From Gonapodya sp. JEL0774 (Eukaryota), in contig JADIIX010000014.1 of assembly GCA_027604505.1 (NCBI GenBank), positions 186,001 through 244,780 of the forward strand: 58,780 nt of DNA, read 5' to 3'. The stretch's first letter is position 1; the number at the start of each line of letters is the position of its first letter. A model generated the notes under the pieces. It was not told where the DNA came from. It worked only from the letters and a program-made list of their open reading frames with translations, and ran no database searches. Shown piece after piece: positions 12,710 to 26,300 of this stretch. The position numbers were made by a program, and so were the translations under genes.

Positions 12710-15612
12710 ATGGTCACCGCAACAAACCTCGGATTCCCCCGTATCGGCGCAAATCGTGAACTTAAGAAGCTCGTCGAGTCGTACTGGGCCTCCAAAGTTG
12801 ACGCCGCTGCTCTTCTCACCGGCGCCGCGACCATTCGGAAACAACACTGGCAGCTACAACGCGACGGCGGCATCACACATATCCCGTCCAACGACTTTGC
12901 TTTGTACGATCAGATTCTGGACCACATCGTGCTCTTCGGACTGGAACCGGAGAAGTACAAATCGGTCCCCAGCGCACTCGACCGGTACTTTGCCATGGGA
13001 CGGGGATTGCAGAAAGTCGCCGAGGGCATCGACGTTCCCGCCATGGAGATGAAGAAGTGGTTTGACACAAACTGTAGGTACTCGATAGGCCTTCTCGTTC
13101 ATGTCTCTCAGAAAACGTGTCCACTGAGACTGTGCTGACGTGTTCCTTCCTTGTCTCCCACAAGACCACTTCATCGTCCCCGAAGTCTCCAAAGATCAAT
13201 CTTTCACTCTATCCAGTCCCGTGAAACCCGTCGTTGAATTCCTCGAGGCGAAGTCCCTTGGAATCGTCACTCGTCCGGTCATCGTGGGTCCCGTCACACT
13301 CCTCTGGCTCAGCAAACCGATCAAGGGAGAACCGGCCTTCGAAACACTCACCCTGCTCGATAGGTTGATTCCAGTGTACCAGCAGCTTCTCGTCGCGTTG
13401 AAGGAGGCCGGTGCCGAATGGATTCAGTTGGACGAGCCCGTCTTGTCCATGGATGTCGGCAAGGACTTTGAAACTCACTTCTCCAACGCATACACAAAGC
13501 TTTCATCCGTGTCTGGGATAAAAATTTTGGTCGCAAAGTGAGTTTTTGTCTCGCAATCTGCCGCCAATCAGATCTGGCATGCACACTTATCCCACCGTCG
13601 CCCACTCACGACGGCCCCGATACACCCCGATTTCCCTTCACCCAGCTACTTCGGCCGCCTCGGATCCAACCTCGCCATCCTCGCACACCTCCCAGTCCAC
13701 GCCATCCACGTCGACCTTGTCCGCGCCCCCGAGGAACTGGACGCCGTCCTCGACGCCGCCAAACGGACGAACCTCGTCGTGTCCCTCGGCGTCGTCAACG
13801 GCCGTAACATTTGGAAGGCCGACTTGGATGCGGCGATCGAGAAAGTTCGAAAGGCGGTCGTGGTGCTCGGATCGGACAGGGTCTTTGTCGCGCCGTCGTG
13901 TAGTCTGTTGCACACGCCGCACAGTCTGGCGGCTGAGAACAAAATGTCCAAGGACATTCTTGAATGGCTGGTGAGTTTAAATTCAAGATCGCTCAACCAA
14001 GACGGACGGCGCACAGACCACTTCGCTGCATGTGATCTCAAACGTTTGTACCTCGCCCTTCCCCGTCTTCCTCCACCTACTCTCCACCAGGCCTTCTCCA
14101 CCGAAAAGCTCTCCGAAGTCTCCACCATCGTCGGTGCCGTTTCCGGTAGCTCTCGCGTCACCTCCACTCTGGAATCCAACCGCGTCGCGAACCAGCAGCG
14201 CAAACTCTCCCTCCTCATCCACGACCCTGCCGTCCAATCCGACATGTCCACCGTCACGGAGTCCATGTTACAAAGGCAGTCCCCATTCGAGATACGTATC
14301 GCCAAGCAACAGGCGCATCTGAAACTCCCGGCGTTCCCCACGACTACTGTTGGATCGTTCCCGCAGACCAACGAGGTTCGTCTGGCGCGGCAGAAGCTCA
14401 AGTCAGGCGAGTGGGACCAGGCGACCTACACCAAGTTTATCCAGGACGAGACCACTCGGTGTATTAAAATCCAAGAAGATATCGGCTTGGACGTGAGTGC
14501 GCTGCCGGGGGTAGTTCGCATTTCCTTATCCAGTGTTAGAGATAGACCACTTCACCGACACACCCGTTCTTTCTCCCCGAACTAACTTATAGGTTCTGGT
14601 CCACGGCGAATTCGAGCGCAACGACATGGTCGAGTACTTTGGCGAACAGCTCAAGGGCTACGTCTTCTCCCAGAACGGCTGGGTTCAGTCCTACGGATCC
14701 CGCTGCGTGAAACCCCCCATCATCTACGGCGACGTGAGCCGCCCCACACCCATGACCGTCGAGTGGGCCAAATTCTCCCAGGCGCAGACCACACGACCCA
14801 TGAAGGGGATGCTCACGGGACCCGTAACGTGTCTGCAGTGGTCCTTCCTGAGGGACGACCAGCCCCGTAGGGACACGGCGTGGCAGTTGGCGTTGGCGAT
14901 CCGCGAAGAGGTGCAGGATCTGGAGAAGGCTGGGATCTCGGTGATTCAGATCGACGAGCCGGCGATCAGGGAGGGCCTTCCGCTCAGGGAAAGCGACTGG
15001 GCAGAGTATTTGGACTGGGCGGCTAAGGCGTTCCTACTTGCCTCCACCGGGGTTCGTGATGAGACGCAGATTCACACGTGAGTTGTGTTTGTGGTGCTCT
15101 TCGAGGTGGCCCTTTGGAGAAAGAGTAACCGGATTGTTCTAATTAATTAATTATTTTATTTCATTCTTACCAGTCACATGTGCTACTCTGATTTCAACGA
15201 CATTTTCGAAACGATCAAGGTGAGAATTAGAACCGTCGGAGGGCCGCGTCCCACGACACACCGACTCGACTTCTCAAACAATCCCACTTTCTCCTTCCAG
15301 CGTCTCGACGCCGACGTGATCACGATCGAGAACAGCAAATCCGACCTGAAACTCCTCGACGCTTTCGAGAAGTACGCCTACACTAACGGGATAGGTCCCG
15401 GACTGTACGATATCCACAGCCCGCGCGTTCCTTCGAGCGAAGAAATGGCGGACCGTTTGGGTGCTATGCTCAAGTACATCAAGACCGACCTGCTGTGGGT
15501 GAATCCCGACTGTGGGTTGAAGACTCGTGGGTGGCCCGAAACGGAGAAGGCTCTCAAGAACATGGTGGATGTGGCCAAAGCGTACCGAAATAGGATCAGT
15601 GAGAGTGCTTAG
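12710..15612 (+). CDS. MET6: Cobalamin-independent methionine synthase; multi-exon
   Basis: [75 protein letters not shown]. Confidence 0.97.
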
Positions 15613-16481
15613 AAAGTACGTCATCATCTTTCATGAACGTCTTTCGCGACGGTGTGAGGAGTTTGGCGTGACATTTTGGCGGGGATCTGGATTCAACAGT
15701 CCGGGCAATACCTCGAACTGGGGCTCAGTTGTTCCGCTTTTTGAGTTCAATGAAGTAATGTAGTACAGATGAAGATAGTATCATAACGTTGAAGTCGTTG
15801 TATCATTATTTTGGGAAGACTACTCGCGGTCCTTTGTGTACTGTCCCGAGATGTGTCTTTATGCTAACGTAGCATGTGTTCTCGTACACAAACACGAGGA
15901 AATCCCTTCTGCGCTGTAAGATGTTTGCACACCCATGATGAAAAGTATTCCGTACTGTTGGGTGTGGGTGCAGATCACAGCACAACAATGCAAACAAAAG
16001 CAGAGCGTCCAGACCTCTCCCGGCGTACGTTTTCTGGCTAAAGCATCCTTCAAAGCACACGGCTGTGTGTATCGAAAGGGAGAAGCCCAGCCACTTCGAT
16101 CGTGAGAACGTTTATGAACATCGGTCCATACGAAAACCAAGGTCGATCCGACCCCCCGCCAAAATCACCAAACGTCTGCTGTAGCAACAGCTGTTCGAGC
16201 AAATAGCAACAGAAATACTTGACCCATCGGTCACTAATATTTCGAGGTTTCACGCATAATAAGTTTTGTGGTTCCTCGGGAGGACCGGGCGTTGTTGTTT
16301 GTCCGCAGTCGCCCGTTTGAATCGACTGACCTCGCCTGGTTTCACTTGTCCGTCCCAGCACAACACACCCCGGTCCACGTGAGACATCGAAGCCCAATTT
16401 TCTATCGAATTTCATAAAACGCACGCCATTAGAGACTGAACCAATCGCTTTTATCCGATTCGGTTCGAAAACAGCACAGCG

Positions 16482-17347
16482 ATGGCGATGCGAATTATGA
16501 CTGCACCATCTCTCGCTGCCCGGCCGCTGGCAGCAACATTTTTGGCATCTCAGAATGTTCCTCGTGCGGTGCTCTTCCATTCCGGTGAGTTTTGGGCTGA
16601 GGCGGGTGAGCGATTTGTGCGAGATTGTGCGATGGGAGCGAAAAAGACGGGGCTCGGAAGCTTGGCCTTCCCGAGCACACCGTCGGCACATCGCGCTGGT
16701 CGAATTTTTCTTGCTCTGAGATTTCACAGCCTTACTTATTTGAATCATCGATTGGCTTGTAGGGCGAGCACTGAACCAGAACTCGGCCGACGGTGAGAGG
16801 AGAATGCGTTGCCCAGAGAAAACAGTTGCTTCCCCCCGCTCAGCAACGCCCTCTTCTGTCACATAGCTGCACCCGCGCTCCGCCCGACAGACAAAGTCCC
16901 TCAGTTCCCGCCCTCCCCTTCCAGCGGCTCTGTCCACTGGAACTTGGAACGGGGTTTGAGCGTTGTGACCGCCGGTCTGTTGGTCGCTCCCTTGGCTGTT
17001 GGCGCTGGCAACCCCATCGTCGACTTCAGTCTCGGAGTTGTTGTGCCTGTTCACATCCACGCCGGGCTCGAGAACATCGTGTTGGATTACGTTCCTTATC
17101 GCAAATACGGGCACCTTTACACAGTAGCGCTCTGGGCGACAAGGGCTTTCACGGGCCTCGCCCTCTATGGCGCATATCAGTTCAACACGAATGACGTCGG
17201 TGTGACAGAATTTGTGAAGAGGTGAGCCCCCCTATCATCTCATTCTGGACAACTTTTCGTACTGAACACTCTCTTGTCGCTGCCCCGCTCCACCTCTCAC
17301 CGTATGCTCACCCCAGGTTGTGGCATGCCAGTGACAAGAAGGAGTAA
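16482..17347 (+). CDS. SDH4: Succinate dehydrogenase cytochrome b small subunit (CybS), mitochondrial; 4 exons
   Basis: Mitochondrial presequence; GSVHWNLERGLSV..HIHAGLENIVLDYV..YQFNTNDVGVTEFVKR | LWHASDKKE*. Confidence 0.92.
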
Positions 17348-17756
17348 GGTAATATGGGTTGCGCGTGACGATACATCTTCAGTCCATAGCTTTGCAAACA
17401 ATACATATCATTCACCGTCCGCCGCACGCTCAGCGCGACCTCCAACTTCCGTTCTCAATGGGGGAGCTCCTTTCTCCATCCCTTTGTTCCCATAAGCATA
17501 TTTTGGCGGGACTTTGTGAATTGAACGGCGCTGTTTGTGGGCAAGGCAGACACGGTGCACCAGTCCATAATCGGCGCAGGCAGAATCCATCTCCACGACA
17601 CGCAATGCTACTCATAAAAACAAAATATCAGTTTTCATTTGCGCAGGAATTCCAATCAGCTTAGAATTTTTCTGTTCATTTTAAAGGGGTCTCGACTGGG
17701 GCCGCCCAATTTCACACCGCCGCAGCTTTTGATCACTGTCACCGTTTTCACTGATC

Positions 17757-19618
17757 ATGGTCAACTCATGGACGCCATCGCGAGCGGTGCTCGCTTTCGG
17801 AATCGCAGCGACAATTTTTATTTCAATTCTGTTTCTTTTTGCCGACGACCTCGTTCTTCTGCGGAGCAGGGAGTGCGAGTCGAAGCCACTTCCTGCCCTC
17901 CATCGCCTGGACCAGCCCAACGCTGTGGGGCCTGCTGACCCGTTGGGGGATCAAAGTGTGTTCTGGGACCGACACAGTGCCGTTTTTTCGCTCATGTTTC
18001 GGTTTAATCGGGTAAGCAATTTGCCAACGGGGTGATGTGGGGGTGAAGACTCTCGAGAACGCCATTTTTCACATTCTGCCATCCATCATTACCCCACCGG
18101 GATGCCGATGGAATTAGAATCAATATGTTTGTCAGAATCTGTACTCCCTGGGGGGTGCCCCTTCAGGAGACGGTGTCTGGCCAGTGTGCTTTGATGGATG
18201 GGACCGCATGACGTACACCAACCCTTCCCGCCTGCCCGAATGGCTGACTTTCAAACCGAAACCCAAACACGGCCGTCGAGACCTCTTCGAGTCATCGGAG
18301 GCCGCTGAGGCAAGCGCCCCCGTCGTGGAAGCACCACAACGTGCGTCTCCACACGGATTTCCCCTATCTCGACGGACAGTCAACGAACAGGTTTATTTCC
18401 GACCTGGCGTTGCGCTGGGCGGCTTGGACAGGTACAATGGCGGTCTTGAGCGGGTGCCTGAACCCATGATCCGCCCCAACGAAACCTACAGCGGGCTTCA
18501 GCAAGCCTCCGAGTTTGGTCTCCCGGCGAGTCAGAAGGAGCTCGGTAATGACCCACCATGTGTGGTTTATACCTTTGGCGTGGACTGGGATTTCAGTTGG
18601 GAGGATGAGTTTCACAACATGACCGGGTGTGAGACACACTCGTGAGTTGGCAAAGTTGGATGTCGGGTTGTGCTCAACCCACCACCCGTTAAAACACCGT
18701 GCCTCCTTGCTTTCGCCGTGAAATTGTCTCTACCAGGTTTGACCCATCAATGAGAATGGAGAGCCACTACCGAGGGAGGAACCAATGGTTCTGGAGTGAG
18801 TCCAGACGTCTTTTCCCGCTCTCCCCAGAAGCACCTCCAACCGCCCCATCTTCATCTTCCACCTCCCCAGACATTGGCCTTTCCTCGGAATCCACTCAAT
18901 TTAACGGCGTCGGTCTCCGCACCGGACAGGCCGACTTGTGGCAGGTGCTGACCCTCAAGGACCACATGGAGACGCTCGGTCACAAACATATCAACTTGTT
19001 GAAAATCGATATCGAGGGACATGAGTGGGATGCGTTGGCGAGGGCCCTTGCGGATGGCGTGCTGGACAATGTGGAGCAGGTATGTACAATGGAAGTGGAG
19101 AAGACTATGCCTCCCTCGTATCAACTTGCAACTCAAATAAATTCGCAAATTTTCCCGCCCGCTTCATCCTTCACTCTTCAGGTTCTCTTCGAAGTCCATA
19201 TGTTCGACGACTTCTTCCGGAAATGGAAACCCCAACCCCCCGGATCCGAAACCACCGGCAGCGAAGCCACACCTTCCCCCATACCAACTCCGCCTCAAAA
19301 CGAAGACTTGCGTGTCATCGAAGGATTGCTGGGATGGGTGGATTTATTGGACCAATTTGAGAAGAGTGGCTTTTCCCAGTACTATCATCATACCAACCCC
19401 ATGTCGATTCAATCGATTTATGGACCTGATAGAGGTAAGCTGTGTGAGGAAGAGCGGTAGAGCTTTGAGACATGAGGATGGGGGCGTGAACCCAGTTTTG
19501 CCGTTGCGAACGCATTCCCCACATTCACTGCGGTTTCTAATCCATGCGACCACATCCCCCAGATATCAACAACCTGCCCTGCTGCTTCGAGCTCGCCTTT
19601 GTGAGGACGAAGCGATGA
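17757..19618 (+). CDS. Signal-anchored SAM methyltransferase, Methyltransf_22/METTL24-like (paralog A)
   Basis: N-terminal TM helix; GDGVWPVCFDGW; CVVYTFGVDWDFSWEDE..GCETHS | FDPS; INLLKIDIEGHEW; QVLFEVH; C-terminal PCCFELAFVR. Confidence 0.8.
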
Positions 19619-20282
19619 AAGTGGGAGCTTAGTGGGCCGATACACACGCGTTTGGTGCTCGAGTGTGACTTTTGGTATTGGGTGGTGCTCAGTTGAAGCT
19701 GTTGAGGAGGTAGAATGACGGAGTGGTGGGCGATGCGAGGAGCTCCTTGCCGCTGCGCGAGGTGCGCATTGTGGAGTGGTCGCATAACAATTAGAGCTGT
19801 TTTGGGGTTTGGACACTTTTACATTCGGTCGACAAGTCACCCTGCTACTACTCTCTGGGGAAGTCCCGCTGGATTTGTCGGAATGGGTTGGTGGGGGGCA
19901 CCTTCTGCGCGTCATCTGGCGTCTCAAGTATGATGTAGATATGTACCACGGGGTCACCAGTCACAAAACATATGATCTTTCGCACATCATTTACACTTAT
20001 AACACGAGTGAAAATGACGTAAATTGCGCAGAATCCCCTGCACGAGCAATAGCATAATGGGTACTCGCCACCAGGGACTTCGAGATACCTACAAGAGAGC
20101 CACAAGGGAGCTATCACAGAGACAAATCTAAAGCGCTATAATGTAGAGCATTTTTGCGCATCTGTACCAACCGCTGGTTCACTCGTCGTCTGCAAAATTC
20201 CAAAATGGTGAAGTCCCACCACAAGCCCACCGAACCAGCACTAGCACTCCTTCCACAATCCGCTGAGTTGAACTCTCACTCT

Positions 20283-22991
20283 TCACATCGCCAACAACTC
20301 GTCAAGCCCATCCCCGCCTTCCATTTCCCCATCCCATCCCATCTTCGTCCCACCCGACGCAACTGCACCCGCACCCGCACCGCCTCTGCCCCTGCCCCTC
20401 CCCCTTCCCGACCCACCACGTGGAGATCCCCGCACAGCACTGCCACCCCGCCCCCGTGTCGTGGAGGGTCCTCTGTACCACGAGCCTGACCCCGTGGTGG
20501 GCGACATAGGGGCTCCACCGCCACCGCCGCCCGCGAGCAGATCATCCAGTTCGTCCCCTGACGTCTCCGCAGCACTTGGTGCGGCTGGTGCCGCTTGGGG
20601 CTGCGAGTGTCCCTCGCCGTCTGGTTGGGCGAGCACCTTGCTGACCGAGCCCTGGTCTTGCCCATCCCACCCGCCACTCCCCGAGGATGCCGTGGCCGAC
20701 GCACGGATCTGCGTTGTTGTGGGTGCCTGGATCTCTGCATGGCCACTCGCGAATCCACTGGTTCCCGAGGGAACCCACTCTTCAGCGTCCAGGTTCCACC
20801 CTCTACTCGCCACGCCCGTGCCCATTCCCATTCCCGTGGCTACGGCGACCGTGTCCTGCCCTGCATCCATCTCCACGCCTACAGCTCCGGCCCCAGGCAA
20901 AGACCCGCCCAGTATCTCCGGCGGCACGTACCACCCGTCCCCATTATCGTCCGAAAAGTCACTCTCCGGATCGCTCTCTACATCCCACTGGTCCTCATCA
21001 AGGTGTTGGTCCTGTCCCGGTGTCGCGTACGTGTACCCTCCGTTCGACGCCCCCAGGTACCGGTACCCGTAGGTCGAGTCCGGCGTATCCCACGACTCTG
21101 CGTGCCACTTTGAAGTCGACGCCGTGGCCGTGGCCGACGGGGGATAGGCCTGGGGTGTGTTTGCGTTCCGCCACCGGAATGGACGGCTGGTGGTGTGGTG
21201 GGTGGGCTCGCCGTCGTAGCCGTAGCCAGAGGCGTACCCGGACCCTGACGCGGATCTGGATGCGTACCCATACTGTGACTGGGCTTGAAACGAGTTGTAC
21301 TGCCCGTATCGCCCCTGTCCATGTCCCTGTTGACTTTCTCCTGGCCCCCTACCCCCAACGTACCTCCCAACCCCCTGCTGTCCGCCACCGCCCCCGCCAT
21401 TACCGTATCCATCGTAGCGCCCCGTGTCTTGCCCACCCCGAGTACCAGAGGCGGCGGCGGCGGTCCTGTCGATGGACGCGTTGGCGAGGCGGGAGCCGAG
21501 GTTGGCGAGGTCGACGGAGAAGAGGGAGGAGAGGTAGGCGGAAGCCTGACGGGGGGAAGGGTGGGGGCGAGTGTGGAGAGCGAGGGTGAGGGAGGGGTTA
21601 GGCGGTGGTTGTTTGGTGTACGAGGTGAGTTGATGATCGACCGTGTCCGCATTGATAAATGGACTTTCCGGGGCGGCACAGCATTGTCACCACACACACG
21701 CGACGCCAACACATTCCAGCCTCGCACAGGTCCCACACGCTCATTGCCTCCTGACTGGTTCTGATCCTCACCACCCTCTCACAGTTCCCCATCCATCACC
21801 AAAACCATTCTCCACCATCGCCACTCCCCCACTACCCCACTTCCAGCACCGGACCCACCTCTCTCTCACTCTCACTCGTTGCTTTGTCGCTCTGATTCCC
21901 GAGTCCGAGTCCCGGCCCTGTCCCGGCCCAGTCGAGGTCGTTGTTCTGGTAAGGGTCGGAGGTGTGGGATGGTGTGGATGGTGGTTGGGCGTGTTGGGCT
22001 GGCCGGGGGTGGTGGGGATGTGGTGGGGGAAGGGGAGAGGTGGTCAGATACGGAGGGTTGGGGAGCGATGAGAGTTCACGTCCAGACTACCAGTGCGGTG
22101 TATTGGTGGCGACGTGGGTCTGTGCCGGCACCGTCACTTGTCTCTCTACCCCTCGGAGTATCCGCCAGAGAGCTTTTCACAGCCACGCACACCCAGATCG
22201 TGCAATCCTTATTCCTCTTTGATGCACTGGACATTTCGACTGTACTCACCCCATGCAATCATCTGCTCGGCCAGTTCTCGTGCCTCTTGATCGTCGTCCT
22301 CCGCGGGGCCGACGGAACCGCTGTAGGGATCCGCGCCTGCAGAATCCTCGCGGTACCTCCATTCATTAGATTCGATCTTTCGTCTTGCGTAAGGGTTGCT
22401 GAGAGGTGGGTGGACGTCAGTAGGTGAGGGAACTGTGTTGGAGTCGGTGTTGGACGTGTTGGTGTTGGAAGAGCGGAACCTGAGGGCACCCGAGCTGGAC
22501 GCTGTTCTCGCTTCGAGATCGTCGCCGTCCAAGTCCTCCGAGGTGGACGTGGGTCCAGGATACGGACCGTGTGTGGTGCGTGGATCTGCCTGACCGTCCC
22601 GGCTCTGACTCCACCCGCCGCCCCGACCACCGCCCCTACCCGCCGCGGAGCCTCTTCCCGCTCCCACGCCTCGTGCAACGAAGCCACCACGAGCGTCGTG
22701 GCTCGAAATATTTGCATTCGCGTTGAGGTTCGAGTTAAGATTGTTTGTCTGGTTTGCGTTCTGGATTTGGACCCCGCGACCTGCCGCGCGTTGTTTTTCT
22801 GCGTACTGGACAAAGCGAGCGGGATCGTATGAGTTGGTGAGAGAACCAGGTGTCCCACTACGTGACTCCCGCTTCCCCGTTCCACCTGCCTCCACGTCAC
22901 CGCAACAGCACCCCCTCGGTTTACCCGATTAGCCTAAGGCGAGTTCACGCACTCGTCGCGATGCTTCCTGTTTGTGTGGATCCGGTCGCAT
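20283..22991 (-). CDS. RGG-rich, largely disordered protein with an Aven-like motif and a PAM2-like motif; internal exon structure uncertain
   Basis: Exon 1 MRPDPHKQEASRR (22991-22953) splices in phase to YAEKQRAAGRG (22805). It contains RGG tracts, YARRKIESNEWRY, WNLDAEEWVP and a C-terminal LDELLAM*. Confidence 0.55.
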
Positions 22992-23393
22992 TTCAATTCG
23001 CTTCTTTGTGGGTGCGTTCCGGATTTGGGGTAGCTGCTTTGGTCACACCATTATGCCTCAAAAGGTGGTGCTCTCGAAGCAGCAGCACCGGCAATTCTGA
23101 TTCGCGCGAACGAAAAATTTTTGTTTCAGCCATATCACACCAGCAACAAGCTGGGTGTTTCCTGCTTGTTGGAGCTTGAGACAATTCTCACTCCTTCCAA
23201 CTGACTTACCTGATACCTCATACTTGGTGACACACAACTTAAAAATCATTTTTTGTACTGTTTGATTGATATTCAATAACAGAAGTATATGAGACCCAAA
23301 CGTTCAATAATATCAGTTGTGTTTGCAGATACACCAATGTGTAATGAGTTTCTGTGAACTGTTGTGACTTCAGAATTCAGATTGTGGTGAACA

Positions 23394-26300
23394 GGGCTGT
23401 CAGCAGTGGGCACTCTAGGAATATATAATTGTATGACTTATCCAGTACACAATACCATTTACAGATACATTAGAAGTCTGACATATGTACCAGGTACCAG
23501 GTATGCTCTGGGGACAGTATACCGTACATTTCCACCTATTGGATCTTTCCAAACTCTCTTCAACCGCCCACCTCCCCTGCCCTGCCCCCTGTCCCCCAAT
23601 GTCTGTACACACCCTACCAGCACCTGAATTTATCATACTGGTCATCTCACTTGTCCCTCCCTGCACATGAACCACCCCACAGCCATAGATGCAGCATCTA
23701 GATACTCCTCAGATCTTTAGCATCAGAGAGTGTGGTACAGGCAAATGCAGATATTGCCAAAGCTGTGGTAGTGGCCATGGCAAGTGCCAGGCGTGTGATC
23801 AAGTATTTGGAGTTGTGCGACCTCATGAAGTGGGTTTGTACATAGGGGGTTAATGACAGTGTATGGCTCAGTGCAGTAGGACCAGGTGGCATGAGAAGGG
23901 GGGAGTTTTGCCAGGGCTCTGGTACATCTTCTTGTGTTTGGTTGGGTCAGTCCAGGTGCAGGTTGAATTGCTAGAGATCAGAGAGGAGGTGGGAGAGGAG
24001 AGCCAGGTTGGTGTAGTGGAAGGTGGAGTGGAAGTGTGATTAACACAAAGGAGGTGTAGGCAATGAGTGAGGGTGTAGAGTGTGTGGTAGGGAGCCAGCT
24101 GTTAGGTGTAATACTGTGTGTCATTAGGCAAGGTTGATCTGCAAAGACAGGGACATGCCACACTTCCAACCTGCCAAGGACATGCCATATCCTCCTCGTT
24201 CTTGGCTCTGTGCATCTCAAGCACCAGCACCTCTTCCTCTCTCTGGATCCTGCTCTCTTGTGTCCCTACCCTTCAGTCGATAATGGAAGAAGAATTTCTT
24301 AAAGTTGGTGACAGTGTTTGACACGACACCCAGGGTGTTGGAGCAGGCCAGAAGAACCTAGAACTAGTACCACAACAACGAATGTACTTGTTTGCCCTTC
24401 AGGGCATTTGTTTTGTTTGTGCAAAACAAAGTTTAGTAAGGGCCACACAATCACTTTTACTGAGCACGTTATTGCTTGTGGCCACTCCCTCAGGATGTTT
24501 CCTGAGTGAAAGATCAATTGTGGAAGCTTTGTACTTTGTTCCACTGTCCTTTTCTTATTGTTTCTGTTGGCTTTTTCTGTATTCGTATTTAGTGTCCTCC
24601 AGTACCAGGGTGCAGCTTGTTCTACAACCTCTCTGTCCCCCAGGATCCCACAGACCCTTGACTCATCACGTCTGTAACTACAATATTCCTTTTTCCCTTC
24701 TCCAATTTGTGTAAGTTCTTAACTGTAAACTCAGATATGAAAATGTCAATTATTGGGATGTCAAAACCTTGTGTCCCATGTGATCAGGACTTGTCAGTGT
24801 TCTGTCTGGGTTCCATCCCTGAACCCGCAACTCCAACCAATTCCAGTTTTACCCAAGACACCTTCCTGCCAGCAAATGACCATGCCCATGCACCTCTTGT
24901 CATGTCCCTTCAAAAATGCTGGACTTTCAAGTGTTGTACACCACAGGACCAGACATGTCACTCCAATTCTGCGAAACATAGATTAAGCTATGTGGTGGTG
25001 TGGAGGGACTGTGCATTGTGGCATTAAGCCACAACCTCACACACATGGGACAAGAGCAATCGCTGCTACATCTGTCCCAGGTGAGCCAAGCACTGATGGG
25101 CTATGATTGTTTACTGTTCATATTCTCATTGTGAATACATATTGTTTGCTACATCTGTCCCATTTCTCATTGTGACGATTATAGACTATTTGAGTCTTAC
25201 TGGCCTGACAGGACACGTCAACTAGGTGGACAAGAGGAAGTGACAACAAATGGGAAAGCCTCAAAACTTGATAAGGGGAAGCCACATTGACCACTGGACG
25301 TAAAACGGGGGGGAATTCTTGACTGCTCACATGAGTTCAAAGAAAAGCATCAGCTGGGAAAGGTCGGGAGTCTGCTGGACACTGCGTCAGTAGATTGCTC
25401 CCACAACCGATGGGCAGAGAAGGGGAACATCAAAACTCCTCAGCTGTGAGCAAGACGTAAATGTGTCATTCATTGATGGGTGATGGAAGTTCGTGGTAAT
25501 GGATATAGAAAATGCATAAGCAAGTGTTCTTTCTGACAGAGAACAAATATGCGGCAGTGGCACATTTACGTTCATACTTCCAAAAGGTGAGAAACAAAAT
25601 TATATATTCATGGCATACAGATTCTATATGTTGAATAACAGCCTACCATGTCTAATGGTCTTGTAATCTTCACCACATCACCCAGCTTGAGCCCCAGGTA
25701 TCTTGCCACTGTGTCTGATGGCAAGATCCTGGGCAGCTGGGACTGAATGAGGCCACTATAAAAGCAAAGTTGGTTGAGTATGCGATTGGGATTTCAAGGC
25801 ATCTTCACTCACTATCGACTCAGTAGCACACCTTTCTCATTCTGAGAAAGTACATTGTGTCGGAGAACAAGTTCATGATGGGTTATGTTCACAATTACTT
25901 CCAATTTGTGGAAGAATTGGAGGTCATAATTGCAAACGTTGGCAAAAGGCCCTTGCAGCCTTTATGCAGGGGTGAGGGAAGGACCATCCATCCCGATTTT
26001 TTCAATTATCAGAATCAACACTGGACAAACACATTCCACAAACCTTTATCGCAGAGTTAGTTAGAGCTCCGAAGACAACGATAGCCTTTGCGATGCTTCT
26101 GGTGACCATCTGCTCCAAGTATCCTCTGACCTCCAGAATTCCAAGTGTGTGGGCAAAGAATACCGCTATTTCGGAGTTGTTAGAGTCATTGAATGCCACT
26201 ATTGTCAGCTTAGACCTCCTGGGAAGGATCAGAAATGAGGAATCGGAAGTGGCAATGTCATGGGAGGGAAAGGAAGTGAGATCACGCATTCGCACACAAC

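Noticed and set aside
12710..15612. MET6 as a dedicated methyl-supply member of the methyltransferase cluster
   Set aside because: It is an ordinary housekeeping gene separated from the core by other genes and a TE block, so proximity alone is not evidence.
16050..17114. 354-aa minus-strand ORF
   Set aside because: Antisense shadow of SDH4 and its promoter, with no recognisable motifs.
20461..21764. Several long plus-strand ORFs (203, 300 and 159 aa)
   Set aside because: GC-rich low-complexity antisense frames of the minus-strand RGG gene.
25063..25162. 16-bp direct repeat TGCTACATCTGTCCCA
   Set aside because: Only two copies inside decayed TE sequence, so it is not an array or CRISPR.
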